Part shown: positions 39,514-54,810 of the stretch, piece by piece
Layout: every line of letters starts with the position of its first letter
Position numbering within the stretch: the stretch's first letter is position 1
Position numbers and translations under genes: made by a program
Notes under the pieces: generated by a model
What the model saw: only the letters and a program-made list of their open reading frames with translations
What the model was told of the DNA's origin: nothing
Database searches by the model: none
Assembly (NCBI GenBank): GCA_009914755.4
Contig: CP068257.2
Location: 33,088,001 to 33,152,000 of the forward strand
Source of the DNA: the human T2T-CHM13v2.0 reference genome, Homo sapiens
Length of the DNA stretch: 64,000 bases
Direction of reading: 5' to 3'

Positions 39514-40821
39514 TATTTAAAAAGTTTGTCTAGAGCAAAAAGTCCCTAGACCTGCCAGTCCAGGGCACTAAATCACAAGAACACCAAGGCCAAACAGGCT
39601 TGAAGTCTCCAGGCTCCTCACTGGCAAACTCTACTTCCTGATCCCTTAGTGGGTTGAGGTGCCAACAGCCCCCTGGGGAGGAGGGGGTTGCATTATGGCC
39701 GTGGAGAGACTCTGAGCCTTATCAACGGTGTGGGGATGACACCCTTTTCGGAGCACTTTGTGAGGCTTTGTGCCATGCTGGGCGCTTGGCGTCAGAGACA
39801 AATAGAATCAATAACTGTGCAAAAAAAGTTGCCAGATAATTTATCCCATTGGCACCGAGCCTAGAATTATAATCAGATCTTGACTTCTTCAAAGCCTTCT
39901 TGCTTTGGATTTTCCAAATCGAAAATAAACATTGGGGGCAATTACCTTTCCTTAGTTCTCTGATGTATGAAGGGGAGTTTTCATCTATTAATTTAAGAAC
40001 CCTCTCATTTCATTCGGAAGGTATTAGCCCATGGAACTTGTTAACTTAATATCAACACAGTCTGTCTAGGTTTTGACTGAAAAGAGAAAGGGGTTGTTAT
40101 GCTCTAGGTTAATATTTTCCTCTCTTTAAGAAGTCTTGGGTATGCCAGACACTTCTCGGACAAAAACAGCTGTTTTCTTCCCATTGCTGAACGCATTGTT
40201 TGTGCGAGTTCACTTACTTGCTATACTCAGAATATCCTCCAGGAGTCAGCAAATCCCAACCTCTGGACGTGGCTCAGGGCCGCCCTGCCCATTGCTGAGC
40301 TGATTTGGAATTTGGGCCTGAGAGAGGAAGTGATTATTGGATGACAGGCTGCCTCCTAGGGGGCTTCTCTGGGCTTGCCATGAAAGCACTTCCGGAGGAA
40401 AAGCAGAGCTCCATCAGTCTCTTTTGGAGAGCTGTGAACGTGACCAGACCTATTAATTACTTAACTGAGGTGCTGAACTTTGAAAATGAAAGTTCCGGTG
40501 GGGAGTTCTGTCCTTTCCAGCCTGGGGAGCTCTGTCAGGGCTCTCCTGAGTGTCTCTTTCAGCTTATCAAGCTCGCTCGGGGACCGTCTCTGGTAAGTAC
40601 AGGCAACCCCTCCAGCCAACCCCTCCACCCTGTGGGCCGGGGAAGTGTCTCATCGTTGAATCCACTTGCAGGCACTTCCTTGATCTCAAGCCCCACCACG
40701 CTGCCCCCAGAGTCCCAGCGAGTGGCTCAGTCACACTGGTGCGTGCCTCTCACCCGCTCTGACCTCGTCATGGGGTCCCCGAGGTGCTGGTTCATGCAAG
40801 GCTCTGTGCCTAACCAAGCTA

Positions 40822-41308
<487 letters not shown>

Positions 41309-41444
41309 TCACCTGCACAAGTGGAACAAAGATACAGGAGATAATGACAGCAAATGGAACGTAGAGTTGATGCGTTCATTGACAAAGAATTTCACACCCT
41401 GCATTATCTCACTTGAGCCCCATGAAGAGCCTGTGAGGTGGCTA

Positions 41445-42067
<623 letters not shown>

Positions 42068-42336
42068 TTATGGAGTTCATTCTTGGAGATGTCGTGAATA
42101 GATCTCCTTTGCATCCAGATGGAAGAGCAACAGGAACATTATTAAGAAACTAAAAATTCTAGATTCATTGGAAAAGGCTTTGAGAGAGAAGGGACAGGGA
42201 AACCCCTAATTCCACCTCCCTGAAAACAGTGTGTTTTCCTCTCCTACACCAGGGCCGTGTGTCTTTCTGTCTACGTGGCCCAGCCACATTTGTAGCCCGT
42301 GGCCTGATGGAGCTCTGATGAGTCAGTTTCATGTCA

Positions 42337-42633
42337 TTTTTTTTTTTTTTTTTCAGAGAGAGAGTCTCACTCTGTCACCCAGGCTGGAGTGCAGTGGCAT
42401 GATCTCGGCTCACTGCAACCTCCGCCTCCTGGGTTCAAGTGATTCTCCTGCCACAGCCCCTTGAGTAGTTGACGTTACAGGCACCCACCACCGCACCCAG
42501 ATACTTTTCGTATTTTTAGTGGAGACGCTGTTTCACCATGTTGGCCAGTTGGTCTCGAACTCCTGACCTCAAGTGATCTGCCTGCCTTGGCCTCCCTATG
42601 TGCTGGGTTATGGGCGTAAGCCACTGTGCCCTG
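42337..42633 (-). mobile_element. Alu (minus) with target-site duplication
   Basis: Poly-T CAGAGAGAGAGTCTCACTCTGTCACCCAGGCTGGAGTGCAGTGGCATGATCTCGGCTCACTGCAACCTCCGCCTCC... Target-site duplication TTCATGTCA at 42327-42335 and 42635-42643. Confidence 0.9.
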
Positions 42634-43131
42634 CTTCATGTCATTTTTAAAGAGCCCACACAACTCCTGTAGCTGGATTACGACAACCTCAACGGCAAGA
42701 CCTCGACGTGATATTACTCCACGTGAAAGTCTAAAAGGCGCTGAGCACAGTGCTCTGCCAATGGTGTGTCTTCCAGCCTCGCTTGCTGAGAGAACAGATG
42801 TGCCGGGGAAGAAATGGACAAAGCTGGGAAAGGAGTCTAACTTCTTCAAAGCGGTTGGGCACCGGTGAGGCTCTTTTGGTTACAAACCACAGAAATGGAT
42901 TCTGGTTTATCAGTTTAATCTCGGTGTAACTAAAAGTGGGAAGTACTGGAAGGAGACGCATTTCATGGGCTCAGAGGTGACCTTGGGGCACTGAGTTGGC
43001 CCTTCTGTGGCCAGGTGTCCCTCTCTCGGGGACCTGCCTTCCCATGCCCCAGCCTCAACTCTTGGTGTCTGTCTAATCTCAAACTCCCAAGAGACTGGAT
43101 TGGATTAGATCAGTGTGGTGTAGCAAGAGGC

Positions 43132-43134
<3 letters not shown>

Positions 43135-43182
<48 letters not shown>
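43135..43182. repeat. (GT)24 microsatellite
   Basis: CACTGTGTGTGTGTGTGTGTG...GTGGTG read directly. Confidence 0.95.
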
Positions 43183-43184
<2 letters not shown>

Positions 43185-43970
43185 TGTCATTAGGGAGATC
43201 TCAGAGAACAACCACCTTGGCCAACTTGTCTATCTCACGCCAGACGTTTTCACCCATCGTTCTGTCCAACCCTACATAATCCTGCCAGGGGGCTATCAGT
43301 TTTTTGTTTATGTTGAACGCTAAACTCAGCAGGAAAGAACACTGCTTTCTGGGATTTTCTTCATTTAAACCTCTATTGCCTATGAGAACAGTGTATTTTC
43401 TTTAAGGGCTACCAGGTTTTCTATTAATAGAAAATTAAAAAAATAGTGAGAAGTACCAAGAACAAAATTAACATCACCCATCATCCACCATTCAGACAGA
43501 AAAATGGTCCCCTTTGACTGATGTTCATCAGCTATATAAATCTCTACACACACACATATACACCCATACCTACTTTGAAGTAAAAATTATAAAGAGCACA
43601 TTGTTTTGTGACCTTTCTCTTCACGTGCCGTGTTCTCCATTCTGTTAAATATTCACTTCCATCTTTTTAAATGGGTGCTTAATAAACTTTGACTCATACA
43701 TGTTGCAAAATTTGTTTAATCAGCCCTCCATTGTCGCTTATTTAGGTGCTTCAAATTTTTTGCTGTTATTAGCACTGAAGTGATAATCATTCTGGAAAAA
43801 GTATCTTTATACATCTGTTGGATTCTTTCCCCAGGATAAAATTCTACAAGTGAAAATGCTGGGTTAAAGGATGCCCATGAAAACATTTTTAGATAAGCAG
43901 AATCCAATGCTCTTCTGAAACATTGTACCATGTGTCTTCTCCACCCAAGGGAACACTCAGTATCACTTAA

Positions 43971-44312
<342 letters not shown>

Positions 44313-45329
44313 GACATCTCATTACTATTTAATTTTTTTTAAATTTTACCTTTTGTGAAGATACAACTTACAGAAAATGCACTCATGTTAATTGCACAAC
44401 TCAATGAATTTTTGTGTATAGAGATGCCCATGTAACCACTACCCAGATCAAGGTACAAAACATTCCCACCACTCCAGAAGGCTCTCTGTGCCCTCTCCCA
44501 GCTAATGTCCCCCGATCAAAAGTAATCTCTATTCTAGGCTTTTTCACCTTGGAACAGTCTTGCCTTTTTCTGACCCTCATATAAGTGGAAATGTACAATA
44601 TCTGCTGTTTTGTGTCTGGCTTCTTTTGCCCTGTGTGATGTCTGTGAGATTCACCTGTGTTGGTGTGTATTGGTATTTTTCTCATTCTCATCGCTGGGTA
44701 TACCTCACTGCATGGATAAACCATTCCTCTGTGGAAAGATATTTTGGTTGTCTCAGTGTGGGGCTATTATGCACATTCTTGTAATGTCATTTGGTAGACA
44801 TGAACACCCACATCCAAGGAATATGTGCCTAGGAGAGGAAGGGTTGAGTCAGATTGTATATTTAGTTTTCGTAGATACTTCCAAATCTTTTGTCTAAGTG
44901 GTTGTATCAGTTTACACTCCCACCAGAAGTGCATGTGAGTTCCAGTTGCTCTATATCCTTGCCAACACGTTGTATTGGTAGTCCTTTAAATTTCACATAT
45001 TCTGTTTGGTTTTGTGTGTGTGTGTTCTTATTTTGTATTTTTATGATTGCAGGTCAGGTTGATCATTTTTGTTCCATGTGCATTGACTATTTGGGTTTCT
45101 TCTTTTTTGACTTGCTTGTTTCAGAAGCTTTCTATCCTTCTTTTGTATTGGGGTGATTGTATTTCTCATTGATTTTAGGAGTTATTTGTCTATTATTACG
45201 ACACTTGGTTATGTGTGATGCCAATATATATGTGCTTTTGTCTAGAGAAAACAATGCTGAATGCTCACAAGTACTGAAGCCTTCCTACAGGTGAAGTATT
45301 ACACTAAGGGTTTTATATAAAATCTCATT

Positions 45330-45470
45330 GATCCTTATACTTTACGGAAGAAACTAAGACACGGAGGGGGTAAAGAACCTGGCTAACGTCACACTGTTAG
45401 TAGTTGCTGGGATGGGATTCTCACCCACAAAGTTGGACACCAGACCTCAAACTTTCAGCCATTATGGTCA
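45330..45470 (-). mobile_element. MIR SINE fragment (minus)
   Basis: CTTTACGGAAGAAACTAAGACACGGAGGGGGTAAAGAACCTGGCTAACGTCACACTGTTAGTAGTTGCTGGGATGGGATTCTCACCCACAAAG matches the reverse complement of the MIR 5' half. Confidence 0.6.
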
Positions 45471-46021
45471 ATCATCTTGTGAATTTTTGACTGGGCCACT
45501 TATTGTCAAGGCTGCTGGCGTGAATTGTGGAGTCTTCTTTTACAATTATTTCTGGAGTGATGATTTCATTCTGTTACGCAGCTGACTTCTGTTTAAAGGA
45601 GACATTTTGTGTGCTCTTTGTGATTTTATTGGAAGAGAACACAGTGTGACTGAGATTTCTGATGCCACCGGGAAACATGCAGCAGAGACCCCTGGGTGGT
45701 CACCCACCAGTCCTCAGCTGGGCTCATGGCTGGGCTGTGTCTCCAGCCTTCCCTCATCACCTCCCTGCTGGTCCCCTCAGCCTTCACCAGACTGCGCTGT
45801 GTGCTGTCTCCTGCCCATGGCTCAGGTCTGGGAGGTTTCTGTAGCTCAGCCCTATAAGTCAGAGCTAAATTGTTACTGGAGACAAGGGTCTAGTTAATTC
45901 TTTTAGTATTATCCTCCTCCCATGCTTCAGTCACCTGTACTCCCACTTTTGAAATATGATCTCTGAACTAATAGTAATAGCTAACACTGCTCTGTTTATT
46001 ATCAATACTTTACACACAGCA

Positions 46022-46354
46022 TGATATGGTTTGGCTGTATCCCCATCCACATCTCATCTTGAATTGTAGCTCTCATAATTCCCTTGTGTTGTGGGATGGA
46101 GCCAGTGGGAGATAATTGAATCATGGGGGCAATTTCACCCATACTGTTCTCATGGTAGTGAATACGTCTCATGAGATCTGATGGCTTTGTAAGGGGAAAC
46201 CCCTTCCACTGGGCTCTCTTTCTCTTCTCCTGTCTGCCGCCATGTGAGACATGCCTTTCACCTTCCACCATGATTGTGACTTCTTTCTTTTGTAAATTGC
46301 CCAGTCTCGGGTATGTCTTTATCAGCAGCGTGAAAATGGACCAATATGTAACAC
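46022..46354 (+). mobile_element. THE1-type MaLR solo LTR
   Basis: TGATATGGTTTGGCTGTATCCCCATCCACATCTCATCTTGAATTGTAGCTCTCATAATTCCCTTGTGTTGTGGGATGGAGCCAGTGGGAGATAATTGAATCATGGGGGCA...TTGTAAATTGCCCAGTCTCGGGTATGTCTTTATCAGCAGCGTGAAAATGGACCAATAT is the canonical THE1 LTR. Confidence 0.85.
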
Positions 46355-46699
46355 ATATAAGTAGGTCATTTAATTGTCAAAACAACCTTAGGAGGGAGAA
46401 AGATAAAATATCTTGTCCAAGGCCCCACAGCTAGGGATGGAGCCAGGGTTCAAACCCAGCCAGACTGGCTCCTGACTTTTCACCAGGCTGTGTTTCCCTG
46501 AGAGGGAGTGCGAGGCCAGCAGCCCAGGCCCATGTGGTGGTCCTGCAGCCGTGGCTACAATAGCAAGTTCTCAGGGTTTTCTAAGGCATTGCATCTTTTT
46601 TCCTTTTATTGGGAGAAGGGGTTGTGATTGTGTGAGCCTATTTCCCCCTTTTATTCTCATCAGTGTCTCACACTTCACTTGCAATAAGTGAATATTCCC

Positions 46700-47180
46700 A
46701 TTGGATGAGTTTCCCAACACTGCCATAACAAATCACCATTAACTGGGAGGCTTAAAACAACAGAAATGTATTGTCTCACAGTTCTGGAGGCCAGAAGTCC
46801 AAAACCAAGGCCTCAACAGCATTGGTCCCTTTGGCGGCTCTGAGGGAGAATACAGTCCATGTTTGTTTCCCGGCCTCTAGTGGTGGTTGGCAGCCCCCAG
46901 TGTTGCTTGGCTTAGTGACCCATCCCTCCAGTCTTTGCCTCCATCTTCACATTGACTTCTCACTGTGTCTCAAATATCCCTCTTCTTTCTCATACAAGAA
47001 CACCAGTCCCTGGATTTAAGATCCACCCTTAGTCCAGGATGATCTCACACCTAGATCCTTAACTTAATTATGAATGCAAAGACCGTAGGTCTAAATAAGG
47101 CCACATGCACAGGCATGGAGGGCAGGACTTGTACATAACTCTGGAGGACATGATTCATCCACTGCACCCCTCATCTCTGG
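46700..47180 (+). mobile_element. Ancient interspersed repeat (unclassified MER/LTR-like), copy 2 of the family at 22290
   Basis: CCATAACAAATCACCATTAACTGGGAGGCTTAAAACAACAGAAATGTATTGTCTCACAGTTCTGGAGGCCAGAAGTCCAAAACCAAGG...ATCCTTAACTTAATTATGAATGCAAAGACC. Confidence 0.55.
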
Positions 47181-47957
47181 ATTTACATCCAGAAGCAGGG
47201 TACCCACTTGCCAAGGTGCAAACTAGGTGCAAGCTGGCCCACCTGACCCTTCCTCAAGGCACAAAGGACACCTTCGTGTTTCACGCTTTCGGGGACTGAG
47301 AAGCAGGAAGCACTCCCTTGCCACCCCCATCCTCCCGCCGCCTTGTTTTCCTTTTCGTTTTCCCTGCGACATCTCCTACCACATCCGGCACTGGATTCTC
47401 CTCTGTGCGTTGGTGTTGGTGTGTCAGCTTCTTTATAAACTGCAATCAGTTACTCCTGCCAGGTGAGCCTTATGAAGAGACAGCAGCAATTTGAGCAAAC
47501 GCTTGTCTAATTTGTTGATGTCATTTAGCAAGATGAAATGACTGGAACAAGGAATATGTTTCTGAATGTACATGCTCTGAATGAAGATCTCTAGATGGTT
47601 GGGAATAAGTTACCACACACCTGGAAAAAATAATCTGTGTTTTCTTTTTGCCTGTCATGAATGAATGAAGAGGCTAGAATAAGTCTCCCACATGGTCTCC
47701 TTCATCAGATCCAAATTTGGGTTTTTATTCTTTGCAGTTATTCCAAACTCTGAATACAAATGTCTTCTGTAGGTCAACAAGTATGATATGAACCACAGGT
47801 GTTATGCTTATTGGTGCACGGTAGTATGAAATTAAAACAGTTCTCTTTAGAATGCAGTATTTAAAATTGCGCAGTCTTTAAATCAAAAGTTCAAAAATCC
47901 AAGAAGAAATTGGGAGGAGACACAGAACAGAGGGAGGTTAGGAAAAATAAAATTTTT

Positions 47958-47980
47958 GGCAACACACACACACACACACA

Positions 47981-48039
<59 letters not shown>

Positions 48040-48040
48040 G
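47958..48040. repeat. Compound microsatellite (CA)11(CT)30
   Basis: ACACACACACACACACACACTCTCTCTCTC...CTCTCTCC read directly. The 94 to 97-aa ORFs here translate to (RE)n or (CV)n. Confidence 0.95.
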
Positions 48041-49641
48041 GCACCTGGGAATTGCAGGGGCTGACACCTGGAGCTGAGAGGTGGGCTGCCGAACTCCCCG
48101 GCAATGGTTGAATCCTTGTCTCTGATTCTACAGACACTGTGGGGCTTACCTTCTTTGCAAGGAGGCTGGTGGCCACTCATCCTGTTCCTGCTGTCACCAC
48201 CCAAATTTAAGGCCCCCACCACGGTCCCACCACTCTTCTAATTGCCTCCTCCTTGGGCCACTTCCTGCCCAACCCTCTCCCCTGAAACCAATCTTCCAAA
48301 TCACTTCTAGATTCGTCTTAAAACATCCATGTCAAGACGTCACTCCTCAAAACCTCTGAAAAACCTGCTACAGTAAAGAATCAGTATGACCCACCACATA
48401 CACAAGTATGTGCAAATATACATGCTTACATACATACATGTAGATATATATGTATATGTGTACACACACACAAACAAGCAAGATTCATGGAAGAATTCTT
48501 GTTCACTACTCCTATGTGACATTCCTTCTGCTGTTTCCTGTTCCACTCCGCGCCATTCGATTCGATTCCACTTGATTGGAATTCATGCTGCAGGTGCCCC
48601 ACTACCTTCATCTCAAAACCCCTGAATGGGTTGTACCCACACTTTGACACAGGCAAAGCTGGAAATCTGAAGCCTGGTTCTCAAAGTTCCCACCAATGTG
48701 CCCCACCTCCTACTGCTGCCCCCACCATCTCTCCAGCTTCTTTTGGAGGTGGCGCTGCCCAACTCTCAGTGGTGCCTAAAGCCCAGGGCCCTTTTCTGGC
48801 TATACCTTTTTTGAGTCCTTTCTGACCTCACCCTGCTTGTCCTTCTGGGTCAGTTCAATCCCTGCCTCCTTCCTGAAGAGTCCTTGACCGAGATTCCCCT
48901 TTCTTTTTTTCTGCCTCACGTATCAAGTATCTGATTAGGAGGCTGGACTCTGCTTTCAAAATGCTTAATTCATGAACAACCCACACACCTAGGTTTGTTT
49001 CCAGGTTCAGATCTTCAGGGGTATGCGTGGCCTGGAGAGGGCCTTCATCCACACACGCTTAAAGCTTCAGCAAGTTCCTGATGCCCAGAACAACCAACCC
49101 TTCCCGCCCTGCGGCCCCCACCCTCGGGATAATGGGAATGTTTTCGTAGCAAGTTGGAACGAGAAATCAATTTTCCTGCTGAGGTAACCAGCACTACATA
49201 GGTAGGTGGACCTGAAAAGGTGCTTTGAGAGCCATGCTTTAAACACATTTGATGATGTTGGCTTTTACGAGCTAGCCAAGCAACCTGCCCCTCTTGGAGG
49301 CATTTTTATGGGGCAAGGTATTACATTGTGTATAAGTACTAAGCCACTGGCCTACAAACAACTTTTGGGGTGCTGTCTGTCCTCTGGTTGAACGCCTCCT
49401 GTGCTGCCTGTCTCGCCACCTCTCCACATGGGTGTGTCTTATCTCCACAACTCAATGGTTTCCCACTTGCTGCAGGGCTTAGCGCGGCGCCTTATGCCGG
49501 CGATACCTCCCTAACCAGGCTGGTGACGTCTTGTCCTCCCCATCTCTGGCTGCCTAGCGTCCTCGGCTCTGTCTTCATCGTGGTTTGTCCTGGAGTCAAT
49601 GGGTCCCTGCCTGTTGCTTGGAAACCCTTAGGAATACTTAC

Positions 49642-49892
49642 CAGGAAAAGGAGAAGAAGGAAGGTGATGAGGAAAGGGAAATAGACAAGAGAAAAAAGGA
49701 AGAAGGATAGGAAAGGGGAAGAGAAAACGGGAACTAGATAAGGATAAAGGAAGAGAAATGAAGAGAGAAGAAATGAAGAAAGACACGAAAAGGAGGAGAA
49801 AAAAGGAGAACAAAAAGGGGGAAAGATGAGTATAGGAAAAATAAAAAGAGGAGAAAACAGGAGGGAAAAAGGAAAATAAAGGGGGAAAAACC
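49642..49892 (+). repeat. Polypurine (GA-rich) tract of about 250 bp, roughly 90 percent purine on the plus strand
   Basis: ACCAGGAAAAGGAGAAGAAGGAAGGTGATGAGGAAAGGGAAATAGACAAGAGAAAAAAGGAAGAAGGATAGGAAAGGGGAAGAGAAAACGGG...GGAAAATAAAGGGGGAAAAACC read directly. Confidence 0.9.
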
Positions 49893-50739
49893 CACATTTC
49901 TACTACTCTGACCAGAAGCTATTTCCCAGTAGAAAAGGGCAGGGAAGCCAGACCAGGTGAAGGTGTGCGAGTGAGAACTCAGTTTCTGGATTCCCAGCCT
50001 GGACAAAAAGGGACCGAGGAGAGAGGCTGGGAAGGCATATCTGGGGGGCAGGAAGCTGCACCCAGTGAACAGAGCCCACAGCTGCAGGGAGCACTGGGCT
50101 GGGGTCCCCGTTTATAGGCCTGAGCTGAGCATCTCCCTCTGAGAGCTGTAGTAAGTTGTTGGTGGTCTGCAGGGCTGCGAATGTAAGGTAATTTTAGTCA
50201 CTTAGCTATATTTATTGCTTTCCCAAATCCAAAAGAGCCTTGATCTTTTTCCTTAGAGCTGGAGCCTCCAGAACTACAAGTCTTTGACTCTGAGACAGGA
50301 TAGAAATGACGTTTCTGACTCTGGCTGTGTGTTAGTACCACACAAAAGTCCCAGAAATCCTGGTGGCCAGACCACAGCCCAGACCATGTAAATCAGAATC
50401 TTTGGGGGCGCCACCAGGCATTTGTATCTTGTGAAGCTCTTCAGGGTATTGTGTGCAGCCAAAGTCAAGGTCTGATTCTTTAGTGGTACATAGAGAGCAG
50501 ATCCTAGGACCCTACTGGGACATCCGGGGGCCCTGCCTTTTATAGGTTGCATGGTGGGAAGCAGAGATGGGGAAAACAAATCGTGTGGGTTGATTTGAAG
50601 CCTAATGAAAAAGAAATACTGATTTGGGTCTTATATGGTGTACCAAGTATTAGTTAAGACTGTTAAAATGTTTGTGATAAAATAAAGACACGTTTGGGGA
50701 GCATTTCTAACAAGAGCCCTACTCATGTCAACACTTGTA

Positions 50740-51027
50740 GGCTGGGTACATGGCTCACACCTATAATCCCAGCACTTTGGGAGGCAGAGATAAGATGAGG
50801 ATCGCTTGAGCGCAGGGATTCAAGAGCAGCCTTGAAAACATAGCAAGACCCCCTGTCTTTACAAAAAATAAAAATTAGCCAGGTGTGGTAGTGCCTATAG
50901 TCCCAGCTACTCAGGAGGCTGAGGCTGAAAGATTGCTTGAGCCCAGGAGTTCAAGGCTACAGTGAGCCATGATCGTGCCCCTGCATTCCAGACTGGGTGA
51001 CAGAATGAGACCCTGTCTCTAAAAAAC
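50740..51027 (+). mobile_element. Alu (older subfamily) with target-site duplication
   Basis: GGCTGGGTACATGGCTCACACCTATAATCCCAGCACTTTGGGAGGCAGAGATAAGATGAGGATCGCTTGAGC... Target-site duplication CACTTGTAG and CACTTGTGG. Confidence 0.88.
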
Positions 51028-52159
51028 CACTTGTGGATCCATGATTGTCTTCAGCCTTCATCCTGCTGCTTCCCATAAGCTGTGGGCAGTTCCCAACACT
51101 GCACAAGGATTTGGTGTTGATGGAACCAAGGATGATAATTCTGTCAACAGGCAGCACCCACGAAGGGAGAAGTCCCAACGAGGTTCAAAGCTGGATTGGC
51201 ACCTACCAAGTGACTCAATAGCATGATGCCTCCACTGCCTTCCTGTCCTCCCGTGTTCAGGGGTCATACTGTCTCCTGGCTTCTCTGTTCTGTGTGGTTA
51301 TTGGGAGATAAAATGATGAAAGTAATTTTCCAGAGAATGATGCTGTGAGCACACAGGTGTTTGCTGAATGAATGAATGAACAAATGTGTGAATGTAACTT
51401 GTGTTAGCGTTACCCTACACTGTCGTCTCTGCCCAGAGGTGACAACAGCAAAATAATTCAGTCCACAGGCTGTTCTTTTTTTTAGTGTAATTGTCAAAAA
51501 AAAGTCCAGCTAAAAAAATTCTATTTTGCTTGTATAAATAAACAGAAACCTTATACCCCTGAGCCAAGTGGAAAATTTTCTCAGTAAAAATTTGTAGGGA
51601 CAGAGAGTTTTTAAATTTATAAAGGAATTTAATAATTTTTCCAAAATTACTGAGAATTTCAAATGCCTCACCACAAAAAAATGATGAGTAAGTGAGGTGG
51701 TAGATATGTTAATTCTCTTGATTTAATCATTCCTCATTGTATACATATATCAAAACATTGCACTAGACTCCATAAATATATATTATTTTTGTCAATTACA
51801 AGTAATAATTAGAAAAAACGATAATTTCTTATGTACCCACCTGTGATATAACTATAAAGTCATTAATTTGGATTCTATTAATTTGGCATTTGCAGTAACA
51901 TATGCCTGTCCAACCAATTCTTCTCGGAAAAAAATGTTCACAGTAATTCTTTCCCTGATGGAGAGAATACTGAGTCCAAAGTTTAGAAGCTTAGGGTCCA
52001 ATCCCAGACAATTAATTAGCTACATGAGGTTGGAAAAGTCACAGCCTCTGTGAATCTCTTCTGTAAAACTCCAGTTTGTGAAGAGCATAAAGTTAATAAA
52101 AGGACTCCGTGAACTGTGAAGTGCTTTGTAATGTATTTAGAGTCTTTCATATAACCTAA

Positions 52160-52634
<475 letters not shown>

Positions 52635-52689
52635 AGGGACGGTGTTTTTAAAAATGTGTCTAATTATCAAAATTACCAAGAAGATATAC

Positions 52690-53030
52690 ACACTCACAGG
52701 TCTGTGTGTGTATGTCTAGGTGTGTATATATGCTGGTATGCATGTACACATCTATATGTGTATATACGTGTATGTATGTAAAGATATACAACATGGATAT
52801 ATAATATATACAATACACATATATTATACATGAGCATATTGCACATATTATACATGAGTGTATAATATATACAATACACATGTATATTATACATGACAAT
52901 AATGTATACATTATAGATATACATTATTACATTGTGCATATATTATGCATGAGTATATATGTATATATGCATGCATATATAATTATGTATATTATATGTA
53001 TATGCGTATGTGTGTATATCTATGTATCCC
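52690..53030. repeat. AT/TG-rich minisatellite-like low-complexity block with internal tandem units of about 40 bp
   Basis: Repeated ATATATACAATACACATATATTATACATGAGCATAT... units. The ORFs here are low-complexity translations (YIYIH...). Confidence 0.85.
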
Positions 53031-53523
53031 TACCTCCTGATTCACTAGATTGTGGATGGGGCTCAGGAATCTGGGTCTTTAAAGTTCCACATGTGATTCT
53101 GATTACCAGCAGTTTAGGGGACCACCCTCCTCACTTTTTACTCCTGAAGAAACAGGCTCAGAGAGCTAGTGGCATGGCTAGGGTCAGCAGCCGGTTAGAG
53201 GAGAAGCTGGAAATGGAGCCCAGCCCTCCCAATCCTGGCTCAGAGCAGGTTATCATAAACCATGCTGCCCATTGTCCACACTAACCTACTCAGAACTGAG
53301 CTCTAAAATTCTTGTTTGGCAGCTAGTTAGCTAGTCAGACTAGATTCCTCTATCATTGTCCCACGTAACCCCTTAAGGGATCAGGCAGAGCAACTGCTGC
53401 CTGCAGAGGGCCGTGAGTCCTGCCAAGGTGGCCTCTGGAGCCCTGATGCATCACCTGTAGGCAGCATCCAAGTGCCCAGACCTCTGGGGCCTGCTCCGGG
53501 CTTCCTGGAGGCAGATGGGCATC

Positions 53524-53690
53524 ATCGTAGCAGGTGTCTTTCTCCTTGGTGTATGAGCTTTCCACGGAGTTGTTATGTCTAAATCAGATTCCAACATTCA
53601 AGAGCCTGTCTTTGGGAAGGCAATGGAAGGTCTTAAGCAGAGGAATAATAACCAAATATACCTGACCCAGGTTGTCTGGTCCATCCTCAA
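53524..53690 (+). repeat. Copy A of a 165-bp segment that recurs 1.13 kb downstream
   Basis: ATCGTAGCAGGTGTCTTTCTCCTTGGTGTATGAGCTTTCCACGGAGTTGTTATGTCTAAATCAGATTCCAACATTCAAGAGCC...GGCAATGGAAGGTCTTAAGCAGAGGAATAATAACCAAATATACCTGACCCAGGTTGTCTGGT. Confidence 0.85.
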
Positions 53691-54066
53691 GTGGGAAACC
53701 AAAATGGAGGCAGGGAGATCTGGGGTGGGGGGCGAGGGGGCTGTCTCAATGTCCTGGCAATACCCTGCTTCAATATCCTCTGTCGAGGGCAAGGATCTTC
53801 TTACGGTAGGCTGTGGGCCCAATCTGGCCGGCTGCTGGGTTTTGTCTGGCCCATTAAGTAGGAATGGTGAACACTCTCGATTGATTTGATGAGAGAATAC
53901 TACCTCTGAGCCCCAATGAAGTGAGATTTTATCCCCTCTAAAAAAAGAATTCATTTTTTTCTCATTAGTTGAACTGTATTTTTTAATATCCTTGATTTTT
54001 AATAATATTGTCATATTTTAATTTTCATTAATAAAAAAGTATGGAAATGTGCTTTCACTCTTTTTA

Positions 54067-54417
<351 letters not shown>

Positions 54418-54651
54418 CTACAACACCTGAAGTATGCACTATCTGGCTCTTCACCAAAAAGGGCTACTGAGCTCTCCCTGGTCTAGGTGTTGGTGGAGAA
54501 AATGGATGGGTTCGGATGTATTTTGGAGTGAGAGCCAGTAGGACTTTAATTTTAATGCTGGCAGAACATAGACTATGCTGCAGGGTGGGACAGAGTCACT
54601 TGATCCCTAAGACAAGTCTAAGACTATGAGGGGCCATGGTCCACCACCGTC

Positions 54652-54810
54652 ATAGCAGGTGTCTTTCTTCTTGGTGTATGAGCTTTCCAAGGAAGTGTTA
54701 TGTCTAAATCAGATTCCAACATTCAAGGGCCCAACTGTATATGCGAAGGCAATGGAAGGTCTTATGCAGAGGAATAACAACCAAATATACCTGACCCAGG
54801 TTGTCCGGTG
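54652..54810 (+). repeat. Copy B of the 165-bp segment (about 85 to 90 percent identical to copy A)
   Basis: CATAGCAGGTGTCTTTCTTCTTGGTGTATGAGCTTTCCAAGGAAGTGTTATGTCTAAATCAGATTCCAACATTCAAGGGCC...GGCAATGGAAGGTCTTATGCAGAGGAATAACAACCAAATATACCTGACCCAGGTTGTCCGGT. Confidence 0.85.

Noticed and set aside
47883-48222. ORFs encoding (RE)n and (CV)n
   Set aside because: These are translations of the (CA)n(CT)n compound microsatellite.
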